Positions 38,412 through 48,715 of a stretch of DNA of 64,000 nt are shown here, in pieces. The notes below the pieces were generated by a model. That model ran no database searches, was not told where the DNA came from, and worked only from the letters and a program-made list of their open reading frames with translations. Each line of letters begins with the position of its first letter. Within the stretch, counting starts at the first letter, position 1. A program made the position numbers and the translations under genes. The stretch is from Candidatus Sungiibacteriota bacterium (GTDB taxonomy: Bacteria > Patescibacteriota > Minisyncoccia > Sungbacterales > HO2-52-23): contig JACPYI010000023.1 of assembly GCA_016196115.1 (NCBI GenBank), forward strand, positions 1,348 to 65,347, in the 5' to 3' direction.

Positions 38412-40676
38412 ATGCTCACGAGAATCCGCGTATACGGCCATTCCCATGCATATTACCCTCTTCTTGGGGGAGCCGCATTGTGTTTCTTTCTGATGGCATG
38501 GATACTGGTGTCATTCGGCGCCTCCCGGCTTCACGCATTCGGGCCAACAGCAACAATTTATTTTGATGCTCTCAAAAACGGGCTGATCATTGCAACGGCG
38601 TTTCTCACGGCATCGCTTGTTTTTTTTATATCCCTTGACAAACGTCTGGAGAGCATGGGTTTGCGTTTGCGCGATGCGTATGCGTCTCTCGGGAGCCGTG
38701 GGCAAAACATGTGTATGCTTGCCGTGTGCGCAGTTTTCTCTTTTGCGAGCCATGCGAACAACATCTTGCGCGGTTATTTTTATCTCGATGATTTCGAAGT
38801 CATGGAGGTAGCCCGCGCCAATTCGTTTCTGCGCTCTCTCCTGATACCTCATGGCGAAGACCACATATTGCCGCTTTTCAGAATTGAAATGAAAATACTT
38901 GATACGTTCTTTGGAACCAATCCAACGCCCTATAACATTTTTGTTTTTATTATTTTCGCGCTGACTTCATTTTTTACCTATCTTGCATTCAAGCGACTGA
39001 AGCTGCCCGTGGGGAGCTTTATAATATTTTTGGTTCTCTTTAGCGGAACTCCGGCCTGGTCGGAAATACTTACCGGCTACTATACGATCTCCATATATCT
39101 GCAGATATCTTTCTTCTTTGCCGTCATGCTATGGGCATACGCGGCATGGATGCACGTGAACCGGCGGCGGTACCTGGCGATATTTGCCATCGCGCTGGCA
39201 GGCGCCGTTACGGTTGATAATACGGGAGTGTGGGTGGTACCGGCCATCATCATAGCCATGGCGGCCACATACCGACGATTCGATCGCGCGCCAACCGCGC
39301 CGCAAAGAAGATTGCGACATTTTTTTCTTCAGAACCGCTATCCCCTGTCCATCGTCGTCATCGTCGGAACGCTCTATGCGGCATTCTTTGCGATTTCATT
39401 TTTGGTGCTGCAGCCCGGCACGTTTCTATCCTCGTCGCACACGAACATACCGCACATGGCAAAGGACGGCATCTCCGTCATATCCTCCGGGCTGACTCTC
39501 GCGGCTTTTGCTCCCCATACGCCAAAACTCCTTGCCCATCCCGTATTAATAACCTCCATAGGTCGGCTATGGCCATCCTTTGAATACGCGCTGTTTTTCC
39601 TTAATCTGCTGTTCTTTTGGTGCGCCCGCAGAAATGCCGCCCGACACGAAAGAACTTTTTTAATGGGTTGTGCGGGAATCTTGTTGCTCACTATTTTTAT
39701 GGTAGTGCGCGCACGACCCGGAGCCGGCTTGATTCCTGACTTCAATTTTAAGCATGTCGGCATGTTGTTTTATTTTTATTGCGCAGTACTCGCGATTGGT
39801 ATCAACAGTATCGTAACATCAAAACGACTGAGTTGGGTCAAAACCGCCTTGCCTTTTCTCATCGTGACCGTTGCGGCGCAGCAGGCCTTCAGCTTTCATG
39901 CAATTCGATTACGCGAAGAGGCAATAAGCAGAAGAACGGCGACTGAACTGGTTCAGACACGCCTCATCTCTGAACTCAAAAAACTTTCCCAAACCGACGG
40001 CACGGCTCTTCGCGTGCCAAATCTTAGCGGTTCGTACATATACGAACCGCAAGCAGGAATCAGTCTGACCGATTATGTGCAATTTTTTAATGCGCCGATC
40101 CCGATTGCATTCCTCCAAAACGGTGCAATGCCGCCGCATGTGAAAACTCATACGGTTACCACCGTACCGAGTTTGCGCGCCGCGACGAGCCGCGAGTTTA
40201 AAGACGCGCTGAAAACTTCCGCGCGCCTGCAGCAATACTATACGGCGCCGACTCTGGTGGGCTACCAAGCCGAACTTATTTCGCGCGATTCGGCCCCTGC
40301 GCCCCATTCCCCGCAAGACCGCATCATGGCAAGACGCGGCGGTGACGCCGCCCATGCTTCCATTCTCATTGATAGCCGCGCATCCTTTGACCCTGAAAAA
40401 TTCCATCGGCTTTCTCTGGAATTGGTAACCGATGATATCCCCGGCAATATTGAGCTCCCGCTCGCCTTCACCAATGACTTCGTAAAAAAGAGCGCCGCGC
40501 GCGTGCGGATTGACGACTTTACGCCATACGTGCTGGCGGAAAATAAACGGCGTTATGCCCTTACGGCCGACTTGCTGCAGATCTATATCTATGCGCTTTC
40601 GGAACGTGTCGGGAATCTCATGCTTGAATTCCCGCCCAGAAAAAACATCAAACTCACATCCATGAGCTTTGAGTGA
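38412..40676 (+). CDS. large polytopic membrane protein, GT-C-like
   Basis: Many TM helices, YFYLDDF acidic loop motif, soluble C-terminal domain. Confidence 0.55.
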   Translation: MLTRIRVYGHSHAYYPLLGGAALCFFLMAWILVSFGASRLHAFGPTATIYFDALKNGLIIATAFLTASLVFFISLDKRLESMGLRLRDAYASLGSRGQNMCMLAVCAVFSFASHANNILRGYFYLDDFEVMEVARANSFLRSLLIPHGEDHILPLFRIEMKILDTFFGTNPTPYNIFVFIIFALTSFFTYLAFKRLKLPVGSFIIFLVLFSGTPAWSEILTGYYTISIYLQISFFFAVMLWAYAAWMHVNRRRYLAIFAIALAGAVTVDNTGVWVVPAIIIAMAATYRRFDRAPTAPQRRLRHFFLQNRYPLSIVVIVGTLYAAFFAISFLVLQPGTFLSSSHTNIPHMAKDGISVISSGLTLAAFAPHTPKLLAHPVLITSIGRLWPSFEYALFFLNLLFFWCARRNAARHERTFLMGCAGILLLTIFMVVRARPGAGLIPDFNFKHVGMLFYFYCAVLAIGINSIVTSKRLSWVKTALPFLIVTVAAQQAFSFHAIRLREEAISRRTATELVQTRLISELKKLSQTDGTALRVPNLSGSYIYEPQAGISLTDYVQFFNAPIPIAFLQNGAMPPHVKTHTVTTVPSLRAATSREFKDALKTSARLQQYYTAPTLVGYQAELISRDSAPAPHSPQDRIMARRGGDAAHASILIDSRASFDPEKFHRLSLELVTDDIPGNIELPLAFTNDFVKKSAARVRIDDFTPYVLAENKRRYALTADLLQIYIYALSERVGNLMLEFPPRKNIKLTSMSFE

Positions 40677-40694
40677 TCACGAAAACATACTATC

Positions 40695-41642
40695 ATGATT
40701 CCTATGCCCGAACTATCCATAATCATACCTGTATATAACGAACACGAGACAATTCCCGAACTCGTCGGACGGCTGTTGAAAACGGCTGTCCTGCTCAACA
40801 TCTCATGCGAGATGCTTTTTGTGGACGACGGCTCCACAGATCAGACACCCGCACTGCTTTATGAATACGCCGCCAAAGACATGCGGATCAAAATTATCAG
40901 TTTTTCAAGGAACTTCGGACACCAAGCGGCGGTTTCAGCAGGCCTTACCTACGCCCGGGGAAATGCGATCGCGGTTATGGACGGCGATCTCCAGGATCCG
41001 CCGGAGTTCCTCCCATCTCTTTACGCTCTCTATAAAGAAGGAAACGATGTCGTCTATGCGGTACGAACGTCGCGTAAAGAAGGGTTTATCAAACGCTGCG
41101 CCTATTTCTTATTTTATCGGATTGCGCGCGCAACCGGTGACGGCATTGCCCTTCCCCTCCATGCCGGAGATTTTTCACTCATGTCCCGCCGCGTCGTTGA
41201 CCACATCAATCGTTTTCCCGAACGAGGCCGCTATGTCCGCGGCTTGCGCTCGTGGGTCGGCTTCCGGCAAGTTGGCCTGTCTTATGAGCGCGACGAGCGG
41301 CACGACGGCGTATCAAAATACAGTATCTTCAAGCTCTTTCGGCTCGCCTACGACTGTTTCTTCGGCTTTACCCGGCTGCCGCTTTTGATCATCAACGTGC
41401 TTGCCTTTGTATTTTCCCTGCTGTCCTGCTTGGGCATAGCAGTCATATTTGGCTTGCGCTTATTTACGCATGCGTATATTCCCGGGTTCGCGTCAACGGC
41501 GATTTTGATACTTTTTACCGGCGGCATACAGCTTTTTATGCTGGGCATTGTCGGCGAATACATGAAGCGTCTCTACGATGAAGTGCGGCAGCGGCCTTTG
41601 TACCTTGTGGACAAAAAAATAAACTTTGACCGTGAGAGCTGA
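40695..41642 (+). CDS. GtrB/ArnC-like polyprenol-phosphate glycosyltransferase (GT2)
   Basis: IPVYNE, DDGS, SRNFGHQAA, MDGDLQDPP, GDF, two C-terminal TM helices. Confidence 0.9.
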   Translation: MIPMPELSIIIPVYNEHETIPELVGRLLKTAVLLNISCEMLFVDDGSTDQTPALLYEYAAKDMRIKIISFSRNFGHQAAVSAGLTYARGNAIAVMDGDLQDPPEFLPSLYALYKEGNDVVYAVRTSRKEGFIKRCAYFLFYRIARATGDGIALPLHAGDFSLMSRRVVDHINRFPERGRYVRGLRSWVGFRQVGLSYERDERHDGVSKYSIFKLFRLAYDCFFGFTRLPLLIINVLAFVFSLLSCLGIAVIFGLRLFTHAYIPGFASTAILILFTGGIQLFMLGIVGEYMKRLYDEVRQRPLYLVDKKINFDRES

Positions 41643-42363
41643 CCTCTACGAAACATTTTGCGCAAAGGAAACAACGCACTGGTGGTTTGTGGCACGCCGG
41701 AATATATTGCAGAGTTTGATCGGCCGATATATCCCGATGAAAGTCCAGACAGCGCTGGATATCGGAAGCGGGCCCGGCATCAATATACCGCTCATCCGGA
41801 CATACGCAAAAAAAATAACATGTCTTGAGGCATCCGATACGGCGGTCGCCATGGCCCAACGCAAGTTTCCCGATCTTACGATCGTGTCCGGCTCGTTTCC
41901 ACAAACCGTTCCCGGCGGAAATTTCGATCTCATCACCATGTTCGATGTCTTGGAGCATATTGAGGAACACGCCGAAGCCCTTCAAACCGTCCGGTCTTTA
42001 CTCAAGACCGGAGGATATCTTATGCTTACGGTTCCCGCTTTTATGTTTCTTTGGTCGGCGCACGATGACCACGTCCACCATAAACGGCGTTACACCCGCA
42101 GACAGATTTGTTCCCTGCTCGCCGATGCCGGCTTCCGCATTGAGCGGGCAACATACTTTAATACCTTATTATTCCCGGCCATTGCCGGAGTGCGGCTATT
42201 CCAGCGCACACTCAAGATACGAACGACAAAAACTGATTTTGACATGGAGCCGCCCCGGTGGCTGAACTCCGTTCTGACCCGCATCTTCGGGAGTGAACGC
42301 TTTATGTTGCACTACGGAAATTTGCCGGTTGGGGTATCAATTTTTTGTGTCGCAAAAAAATAA
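41626..42363 (+). CDS. class I SAM-dependent methyltransferase
   Basis: HWWF, LDIGSGPG, FDVLEHI, WSAHD..HHKRRY. Confidence 0.88.
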   Translation: MTVRADLYETFCAKETTHWWFVARRNILQSLIGRYIPMKVQTALDIGSGPGINIPLIRTYAKKITCLEASDTAVAMAQRKFPDLTIVSGSFPQTVPGGNFDLITMFDVLEHIEEHAEALQTVRSLLKTGGYLMLTVPAFMFLWSAHDDHVHHKRRYTRRQICSLLADAGFRIERATYFNTLLFPAIAGVRLFQRTLKIRTTKTDFDMEPPRWLNSVLTRIFGSERFMLHYGNLPVGVSIFCVAKK

Positions 42364-42369
42364 GACACT

Positions 42370-43068
42370 TCAGCCGGTAGTACGAAATATGCATAGTCGT
42401 ATGATGGTCTTGAGGCCATGCCGATATTTCATTTTCTTGCCGTCATCTCCTTTCCGGGGATGATATGATACCGGCACTTCCGCAATGCGGTAACCTTCTT
42501 TGAGCAGTCGCGCGATGAAAAGCACTTCCGACTCAAAACCGCCGGCGTCAAAATAGCTGAACGCGGCTTTGGGAAAAAGCTTATAGCACATAAGCACGTC
42601 AGTAAGAGAAGATCCGTACAGAAGATTGACCAGTTTCGTTATCGACAATGCTCCAATTCTGGACAAGAGCAATTTTTTTGGGTTTTTTTCGTATGATTCC
42701 CGTGACCCCATAACAGCGATTTTTGTCCCCGGGGCAATATCACGAAGCGGTTCCAACAATCTTGGCACCTCTTCGGGTTCACACTCAAGGTCCGCATCTT
42801 GAATGATGGCAAAGTCTCCGGCTGCCGACTCGAGACCCCTTTTCACCGCGCTACCCTTGCCGCTGTTTTGAGGAAGATGGATTACGGTGACCCGGGAAGC
42901 AAAATTATCCAACACGGAAGCGGTGCCGTCCGTTGAGCCGTCGTTCACCACAATGACCTCAACAGTCCATCCGGAGAAAGGGACGGCGAGTACCCGACGC
43001 ATGACCTCCCCGACAGTTTTTTCTTCATTAAACACCGGAACAATAAGGGATAATTTGGGAACGTTCAT
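42370..43068 (-). CDS. DPM1-like GT2 glycosyltransferase
   Basis: VPVFNE, NDGSTD, GKG, QDADLE, CYKLF, GKK. Confidence 0.88.
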   Translation of the reverse strand: MNVPKLSLIVPVFNEEKTVGEVMRRVLAVPFSGWTVEVIVVNDGSTDGTASVLDNFASRVTVIHLPQNSGKGSAVKRGLESAAGDFAIIQDADLECEPEEVPRLLEPLRDIAPGTKIAVMGSRESYEKNPKKLLLSRIGALSITKLVNLLYGSSLTDVLMCYKLFPKAAFSYFDAGGFESEVLFIARLLKEGYRIAEVPVSYHPRKGDDGKKMKYRHGLKTIIRLCIFRTTG

Positions 43069-43069
43069 C

Positions 43070-43675
43070 TTATTTTTCCAATATAAAATATCTGGTCCAC
43101 GCGCTCTCATTTGGAATAAAGCTGCTGGCGATTTTCAAGCCGCTTTTTTCTATCTCTTTGGCAACTTTCCGAAACGGGAAATCAATATTTCCCATTTCCC
43201 AAAAATGTCCGCAGGGAGTCCAATATTTTTTATTATTCACGGCCGGAATCCGTATCTGTATGCCTTTTTCTTTCATCCAAGGAATCTTGAAGGTTACGCG
43301 CAGCAATGATTTGGCGTGATCGGGAACGGAAATGAACACATTTTTTTTTGCCACCCGTTTCATTTCCCCCAATGCCGCGGCGAACGACGAAAACGGCAGA
43401 TGTTCCAATATTTCAAAACCGGCAACCACGTCAAAGGCGTCGTCTTCAAAAGGAAGATGCAACACATCCCCCACCACATCGGGATTGGTTTCTGGGTTGT
43501 TATCAAGAGTGATAACTTTTACGTTATTGTCTCTGAGCACCTTGGTAGCAAGCCCGTTTCCGATCCCAACCTCAAGAACGCTTTGGGCATTGAGATTAAA
43601 AATACTCTGGTACTGATAATAATAACTAACCCACCGAGGTCTGTGATTATACTCTTTTGAGCTGTATGGATTCAT
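43070..43675 (-). CDS. class I SAM-dependent methyltransferase
   Basis: LEVGIGNG, LPF.D..FD, EILEHLP, HFWE. Confidence 0.85.
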   Translation of the reverse strand: MNPYSSKEYNHRPRWVSYYYQYQSIFNLNAQSVLEVGIGNGLATKVLRDNNVKVITLDNNPETNPDVVGDVLHLPFEDDAFDVVAGFEILEHLPFSSFAAALGEMKRVAKKNVFISVPDHAKSLLRVTFKIPWMKEKGIQIRIPAVNNKKYWTPCGHFWEMGNIDFPFRKVAKEIEKSGLKIASSFIPNESAWTRYFILEK

Positions 43676-45051
43676 ACGTGTATATTTCCGTCAATCTTAA
43701 GATTTTTTCTAAAATGGCGAATGGAAAAGTACCCTGCATACGCTACCCCAAATATAATCGGTTCAACAGGCATGCGAAATCTGGCATTCACGGTTAATCC
43801 GTTGATCATCGTCGTCAGCATAAAATAAACGACTACAATCATGCAAAACAGCACCTGGGCAGAAAAAAGACCTGAGCGCCAAAGATGATACAAGCCCGAT
43901 CCAAACAATACAGTCACGGCAATCCAGAAAAGGCGTCCTAAAAATACGGATGCCATGATCGTATGCATATACAACCGCGCAATCTTTAAAAACGACAGCG
44001 GCGCGGTCAAAAACAGCACGAGCGCGGGCTTCCCGATATATGCGCCCCGTTGAACCCCGGCAGCTTGCAAAAACGTCAGCATGCCGTCATGCGTGAAAAA
44101 AGTAACGGCATTCAGCGCTGAAAGTTTAACCAAGGCAACGGGGTGACGGGATATTTCAGTTATTGCCATACGCGAAATTGATCTTGGCGCATTGACATAA
44201 AGATCCGCAGATTGAACCGGTAATTTCTGCTGCTCCGCCGCAAAGCTCGTTTGATTCTCTATGGCAAGAACCGACGGCAATAAAACTTCATAGAGATTAA
44301 AAGGCATCTGTGAGCCCAGATTAATCATATTGAAAGTCCGGTAATTGCGGTATACCCACGGCGATAAGACCGTCAGAAAGAGCAAGAAGAAACATCCCGC
44401 TTTGAGCAGGATATCCCTTGGTACCTCACTACGAAGACGCCACCATGCAAACACAACCGCCAGTATCGCCAGATATTGAACAGTCGGCTTGGTAAGCGTG
44501 GCCAATCCAAGAAATAATCCGGCCAAGACCGCAAACCGAATTGACGGAGTTTTCAGAAAATTCAGAAATAGGATGAGAAATATTCCAAAAAGAGCAGTAA
44601 ACAAAACTTCCGTATAGAAAATAAAAGAGAAAAGAATCTGATAGGGCGCAAGGGCAAGCAGGATGCCGACCGCAAGCGGGGCACGATCGTATGTCGGCAC
44701 GATGAGCCGGCTAAGATACATGCCCAAGACGGGAATGAACGCCCCGAGTACCAGCTGGATCATGGCCGTCGCGGCATAGCTCCCGGTCGCCCACAACAGG
44801 AAAAATAAAAAGAACGGGTAGCCGGGAACTCCGTATGAATAGGGAGAAAACGGCGGGGTCTGATTTATGCTGAAACCGTTGCCTAAAAGCAGATTCCTGC
44901 TTATGTCAAAATAGCCGTCCTGCCCATGGATTGTATTTTCCACGTTTCCTCCATTGGCGTACAAACAGACAAAGAAGAAAGCCATCCTTGCCAATATTGC
45001 AAGAAAAAAAACAATGAGTTCTGTCTTATGCCGTTCAATGAATCTCATCAT
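43672..45051 (-). CDS. GT-C (PMT/ArnT-like) membrane glycosyltransferase
   Basis: DGY, PGYP, TE, LATLTKP, PWVYRNY, RFRMP; about 12 TM helices. Confidence 0.8.
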   Translation of the reverse strand: MMRFIERHKTELIVFFLAILARMAFFFVCLYANGGNVENTIHGQDGYFDISRNLLLGNGFSINQTPPFSPYSYGVPGYPFFLFFLLWATGSYAATAMIQLVLGAFIPVLGMYLSRLIVPTYDRAPLAVGILLALAPYQILFSFIFYTEVLFTALFGIFLILFLNFLKTPSIRFAVLAGLFLGLATLTKPTVQYLAILAVVFAWWRLRSEVPRDILLKAGCFFLLFLTVLSPWVYRNYRTFNMINLGSQMPFNLYEVLLPSVLAIENQTSFAAEQQKLPVQSADLYVNAPRSISRMAITEISRHPVALVKLSALNAVTFFTHDGMLTFLQAAGVQRGAYIGKPALVLFLTAPLSFLKIARLYMHTIMASVFLGRLFWIAVTVLFGSGLYHLWRSGLFSAQVLFCMIVVVYFMLTTMINGLTVNARFRMPVEPIIFGVAYAGYFSIRHFRKNLKIDGNIHV

Positions 45052-46615
45052 GCGCAAATATGATAAAACGATATGCTGCCAAGCTCCAGAGAGCTATGAT
45101 GGCGGCGGAAAATATTTGCGATACCATATAGGAAATATGCAGCAGCCCAACGAAAGAATACATGAATACTCCGTTTGCGCCCATATTCATTAAAGCAAGA
45201 ATAATACATAAGGTCAACTGGTACGGCATGCGGGCCCGCGACCTATCGCGGAATGTGATAAATTTCTGGGCGAGAAAACTGATCACAACCGATATGATAA
45301 AAGCATCCGTTGAGGCGTAGAGATACCATACCCGGAAGTACTCTGTAAGTATAAAGAGTACCAGCAGGTTTACCGCAAACGCCAAAATGCCGGAAAGCAG
45401 ATAACGAGCCAGAAACAAAAATCTCGCCGCGCCGAAGACAGACACAGAAGGAAAACCAACGCGATCCATAAAAGAAACGACGCGTTGCGCCCGCATAGTC
45501 CACGTGAATTCCATGACTTTCGCGCGGCCGCGTCGCGCCCGCATCGCGCCTTCGTCCCCATCCGTCGCTGCTTTCTGTATCGCTTCGGCAAATGACCGGG
45601 CATGATCGGCTTCGGCAAAAAAAACTTCTTGCTCCGTAACAATCTCCTCGATTGAAGGAACTCGCGAAGCGACTATCGGGACGCCGCTTGCCATATATTC
45701 GAAAAGTTTCATGGGTGAAGTGTAATATTTGGAAATATCCTCTTTTGCCGTATTCGGAAGAACTAAAATGTCAGCCGCTTTTTGCCAGAGAGCAATTTCG
45801 GTATGAGGCCTCCATCCTACTATTGAAATATTTGAGATATGCCCATACGACCCCTTAAATCTTTTCAGATCTTCCGGTGTACCACCCACAAAAACCACAA
45901 GATAATCCCCAGGAAGCTTCCGTGCCGATTCCGCCAGTGTATCTACGCCTTTCCATGAGTATAAATGACCCGTGTAGATGATTATTTTTTTGTCAGAGGG
46001 CAGGGAGAGTCGGGCGCGCGCCTCGGCCTTTGACTGCGCGATGCTGAACTCATCAACATCAACGGCATTTGGCTCGGTAATAATCTTATTTCTTGAAACA
46101 CCAAACCGTTTTACCGCGTGTTCGGTTTTCCAATAATTATGAATGATGAGTCCCCTCATCCGCCGGAGAAAGATGCCAAAAAGAATAAATTTGCTCTCCG
46201 GAAAATCATGCATCTCATAAAACGTTGCCGGAAAAAAGAAAGAAGCCAGCAAAAGAGGCAGGATCTCGTTGGAATATATAATATCAGACCGGCAAGCAAC
46301 AACTGCCAGATAACAAAAACAACTTATGGAGAATGAGACGGAACTTAACCAAAATGTTAATTTCTTACCGAATGGAACGAAATTTAAGTCAATAACCGGC
46401 AGATATACGACTCGAAAATTATTTTTGATGTGATAAAATGCGTAGGGATCCGTTCTTATTCTGCCGATTCTGCGCGGCACGGTCAAAACCACTTCCATGC
46501 TTGTACCGGCAAACGCTTCCGCATTTTTAGCCGCGAAGATTGATGCCGCTTTTTCGCTTGGAAAACGCCCATGGAAAATGATGAAAAAACTTTTAGACGG
46601 CATGGGTACCACCAT
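45035..46615 (-). CDS. GT4 glycosyltransferase fused to a C-terminal GtrA-like domain
   Basis: KGVD, SPMKLFEYMASG, followed by RYLLSG...KFITF...YRFIIF four-TM GtrA pattern. Confidence 0.85.
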   Translation of the reverse strand: MVVPMPSKSFFIIFHGRFPSEKAASIFAAKNAEAFAGTSMEVVLTVPRRIGRIRTDPYAFYHIKNNFRVVYLPVIDLNFVPFGKKLTFWLSSVSFSISCFCYLAVVACRSDIIYSNEILPLLLASFFFPATFYEMHDFPESKFILFGIFLRRMRGLIIHNYWKTEHAVKRFGVSRNKIITEPNAVDVDEFSIAQSKAEARARLSLPSDKKIIIYTGHLYSWKGVDTLAESARKLPGDYLVVFVGGTPEDLKRFKGSYGHISNISIVGWRPHTEIALWQKAADILVLPNTAKEDISKYYTSPMKLFEYMASGVPIVASRVPSIEEIVTEQEVFFAEADHARSFAEAIQKAATDGDEGAMRARRGRAKVMEFTWTMRAQRVVSFMDRVGFPSVSVFGAARFLFLARYLLSGILAFAVNLLVLFILTEYFRVWYLYASTDAFIISVVISFLAQKFITFRDRSRARMPYQLTLCIILALMNMGANGVFMYSFVGLLHISYMVSQIFSAAIIALWSLAAYRFIIFAHDEIH

Positions 46616-46623
46616 ATCTTTGA

Positions 46624-46687
46624 TATAATTGCGTCACTCGGGAAAAGTGCGAGCAAGCTCTCACTTTCTCCCTCGCTCGCAATTATA
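46624..46687. repeat. 64-bp imperfect palindrome (REP/MITE-like) in a divergent intergenic region
   Basis: TATAATTGCG...GGGAAAAGTG.GAGCAAGCTC.CACTTTCTCCC...CGCAATTATA. Confidence 0.6.
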
Positions 46688-46716
46688 ACACATGTTGTGC
46701 TATACTGGAAGACAAG

Positions 46717-47757
46717 ATGAAATTCTTCCTCATACGCACCGAGAATAGCTATGCCTCGGACAAACATCTCATAGACGGACTGAAAGAAAATGGGCATGAT
46801 GTTTTTGAATTGGTTGAAAAGGACCAAAATTCCGGAAAATATATTCGTTTTGCAACACGTTTCCGGAAAGAACGGCGTACATATGATGCCGTGATTGTAG
46901 GTTTTGCATTGCCGATTTTGGTGCCTATCGTCCGATGCGTATCGTTGAAGAAAGTCATTTTTAACGCAGTATACTCGCAGTATGAGGCGAATATCGTGTC
47001 CAGAAATATCAACAGCCCGCGGTCTCTGGCGGCTCTGAAATGGTGGTGCATAGATTTCCTTTCGTTCCATTGCTCATCGTGGGTGCTTGTCGAGAGCAAC
47101 GCCCAAATCAACTTCATACGCAGTTTTTTTCTTGTCCCGAAAAGGAAACTGATAAGATCGTGGATGGGGGTTGACGAAAAAGTCTTTTTTCGCGATCCTG
47201 CGATACGAAAAAACAGAAAGTTTACCATACTTTTCCGGGGCAGATTCCTCCCGGAGTCGGGAATACTGACGGTTATAGAAACGGCGAAAAAACTTGAGCG
47301 CAAGAATATACAATTCCTTATTATCGGCCATGGTTTCCTGTACCGGGAAGTGAACGCCTGCATGGAAAAACTAAAACCGAAAAATATCGAAATGATAGCC
47401 GAAAAAATGCCTGAAAAAGAATTGAGAAATCGCATGCTTTCATGCCATATCAGCCTGGGCCAGCTTGCAAGCCATCCACGACTCCTCCGCACTCTTCCTG
47501 CTAAGCTTTTTGAGAGTCTGGCGCTCGGCCTCCCCTACCTTACGGCCCGAAACGCCGGCGTATTTGAACTCCTCACGGAAGACGAGAATTGCATGGCGAT
47601 AACTCCCGGAGATTCGAACGACCTCGCCCAAAAAATAACGTATCTCAAAGAACACCCTGAAATTCTTGAGAGAATCGCGCAGGCCGGACATGATCTCTAT
47701 AGAAAAAAACTTACGTCAAAAATACTTGCAAAGGAAGTCATATCGGCTCTATGTTAA
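46717..47757 (+). CDS. GT4-like glycosyltransferase
   Basis: FRGRFLPESG, PAKLFESLALGLP. Confidence 0.85.
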   Translation: MKFFLIRTENSYASDKHLIDGLKENGHDVFELVEKDQNSGKYIRFATRFRKERRTYDAVIVGFALPILVPIVRCVSLKKVIFNAVYSQYEANIVSRNINSPRSLAALKWWCIDFLSFHCSSWVLVESNAQINFIRSFFLVPKRKLIRSWMGVDEKVFFRDPAIRKNRKFTILFRGRFLPESGILTVIETAKKLERKNIQFLIIGHGFLYREVNACMEKLKPKNIEMIAEKMPEKELRNRMLSCHISLGQLASHPRLLRTLPAKLFESLALGLPYLTARNAGVFELLTEDENCMAITPGDSNDLAQKITYLKEHPEILERIAQAGHDLYRKKLTSKILAKEVISALC

Positions 47758-47767
47758 TCAAAAACTC

Positions 47768-48715
47768 ATGAAATGCGATTTCTGCACATTAACCGATAAA
47801 AACTACGTATATAAATGGCTGGCGCTTTGTAATTCCATCGAAACACATATCTCAAGGTATACAATATGGGTACTGTGCCTTGACGATGAGTCGGAAATAC
47901 TCATACGAAGGTTGGATAAAAAGAACGTGGAGATCGTGAATCTGTCGCATCTCCGCGACACGGAACTGGAAAGGGTCAGATCCTCCAGAACAAAACAGGA
48001 GTTTGCGTGGACATGCAAACCCTCGATCATGAGCTATATTCTGGGAGAAAAGAACGTGGCAGCGATGATATTTGTAGACGCCGATATGCTTTTTTATTCC
48101 TCGCCCGAACCTCTGTTTCAAAAATATACGGACGCGTCAATCATGATCACTTCGCATAAATTCTCGGAGAAAAAACAGTACATCGCGGACATCGTCGGCT
48201 ACTACAATTCAGGATTCATCATATTCAGAAACGACGGGACGAGCAGGGCATGCGTCCGAAGATGGAAAAATCAATGCATAGAGTGGTGCTACAATTTTCA
48301 CGACAAAGGCAGGCATGGCGATCAATCCTACCTGAAAAGCTGGCCGCAGGATTTTAAAAATGTAGAGGAGATATCAGAAAAAGGGGCGAACCTTGGCACA
48401 TGGAACCTTGAACGGTATACCGTAAGGAAAAAACGGGGCGAATTTTACATTGACGATGAAAAACTTATCTGCTACCATTTCCACGGACTGGTTGTATATC
48501 TGGAGAAACACGGTATTCTAAAACCATATCCCGCCACTGTCCACCAAAAAGAAATATACAAAATCTATCTCAAAGAACTCCAAAAAGCGTATAATGAAAT
48601 TATTGCCGTAGATCCTTCGTGGCATTATGGTTTTGCGGGAAAGCTTTCTCTTCTACGCAGGATTAAACAGCAACTTACCCAAAACACCAGAATCGTATGG
48701 CAATACATCCACTAA
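47768..48715 (+). CDS. GT-A nucleotide-diphospho-sugar transferase (GT8-like)
   Basis: FCT..D.NY, WTCKP, VDAD, YNSG, GDQSYL, YHFHG. Confidence 0.75.
   Translation: MKCDFCTLTDKNYVYKWLALCNSIETHISRYTIWVLCLDDESEILIRRLDKKNVEIVNLSHLRDTELERVRSSRTKQEFAWTCKPSIMSYILGEKNVAAMIFVDADMLFYSSPEPLFQKYTDASIMITSHKFSEKKQYIADIVGYYNSGFIIFRNDGTSRACVRRWKNQCIEWCYNFHDKGRHGDQSYLKSWPQDFKNVEEISEKGANLGTWNLERYTVRKKRGEFYIDDEKLICYHFHGLVVYLEKHGILKPYPATVHQKEIYKIYLKELQKAYNEIIAVDPSWHYGFAGKLSLLRRIKQQLTQNTRIVWQYIH

Noticed and set aside
43341-43349. Homopolymer phase-variation tracts (T9 here, T8 near 7340)
   Set aside because: They encode Lys-rich in-frame stretches with no frameshift, and no long G/C tracts were seen in CDS.
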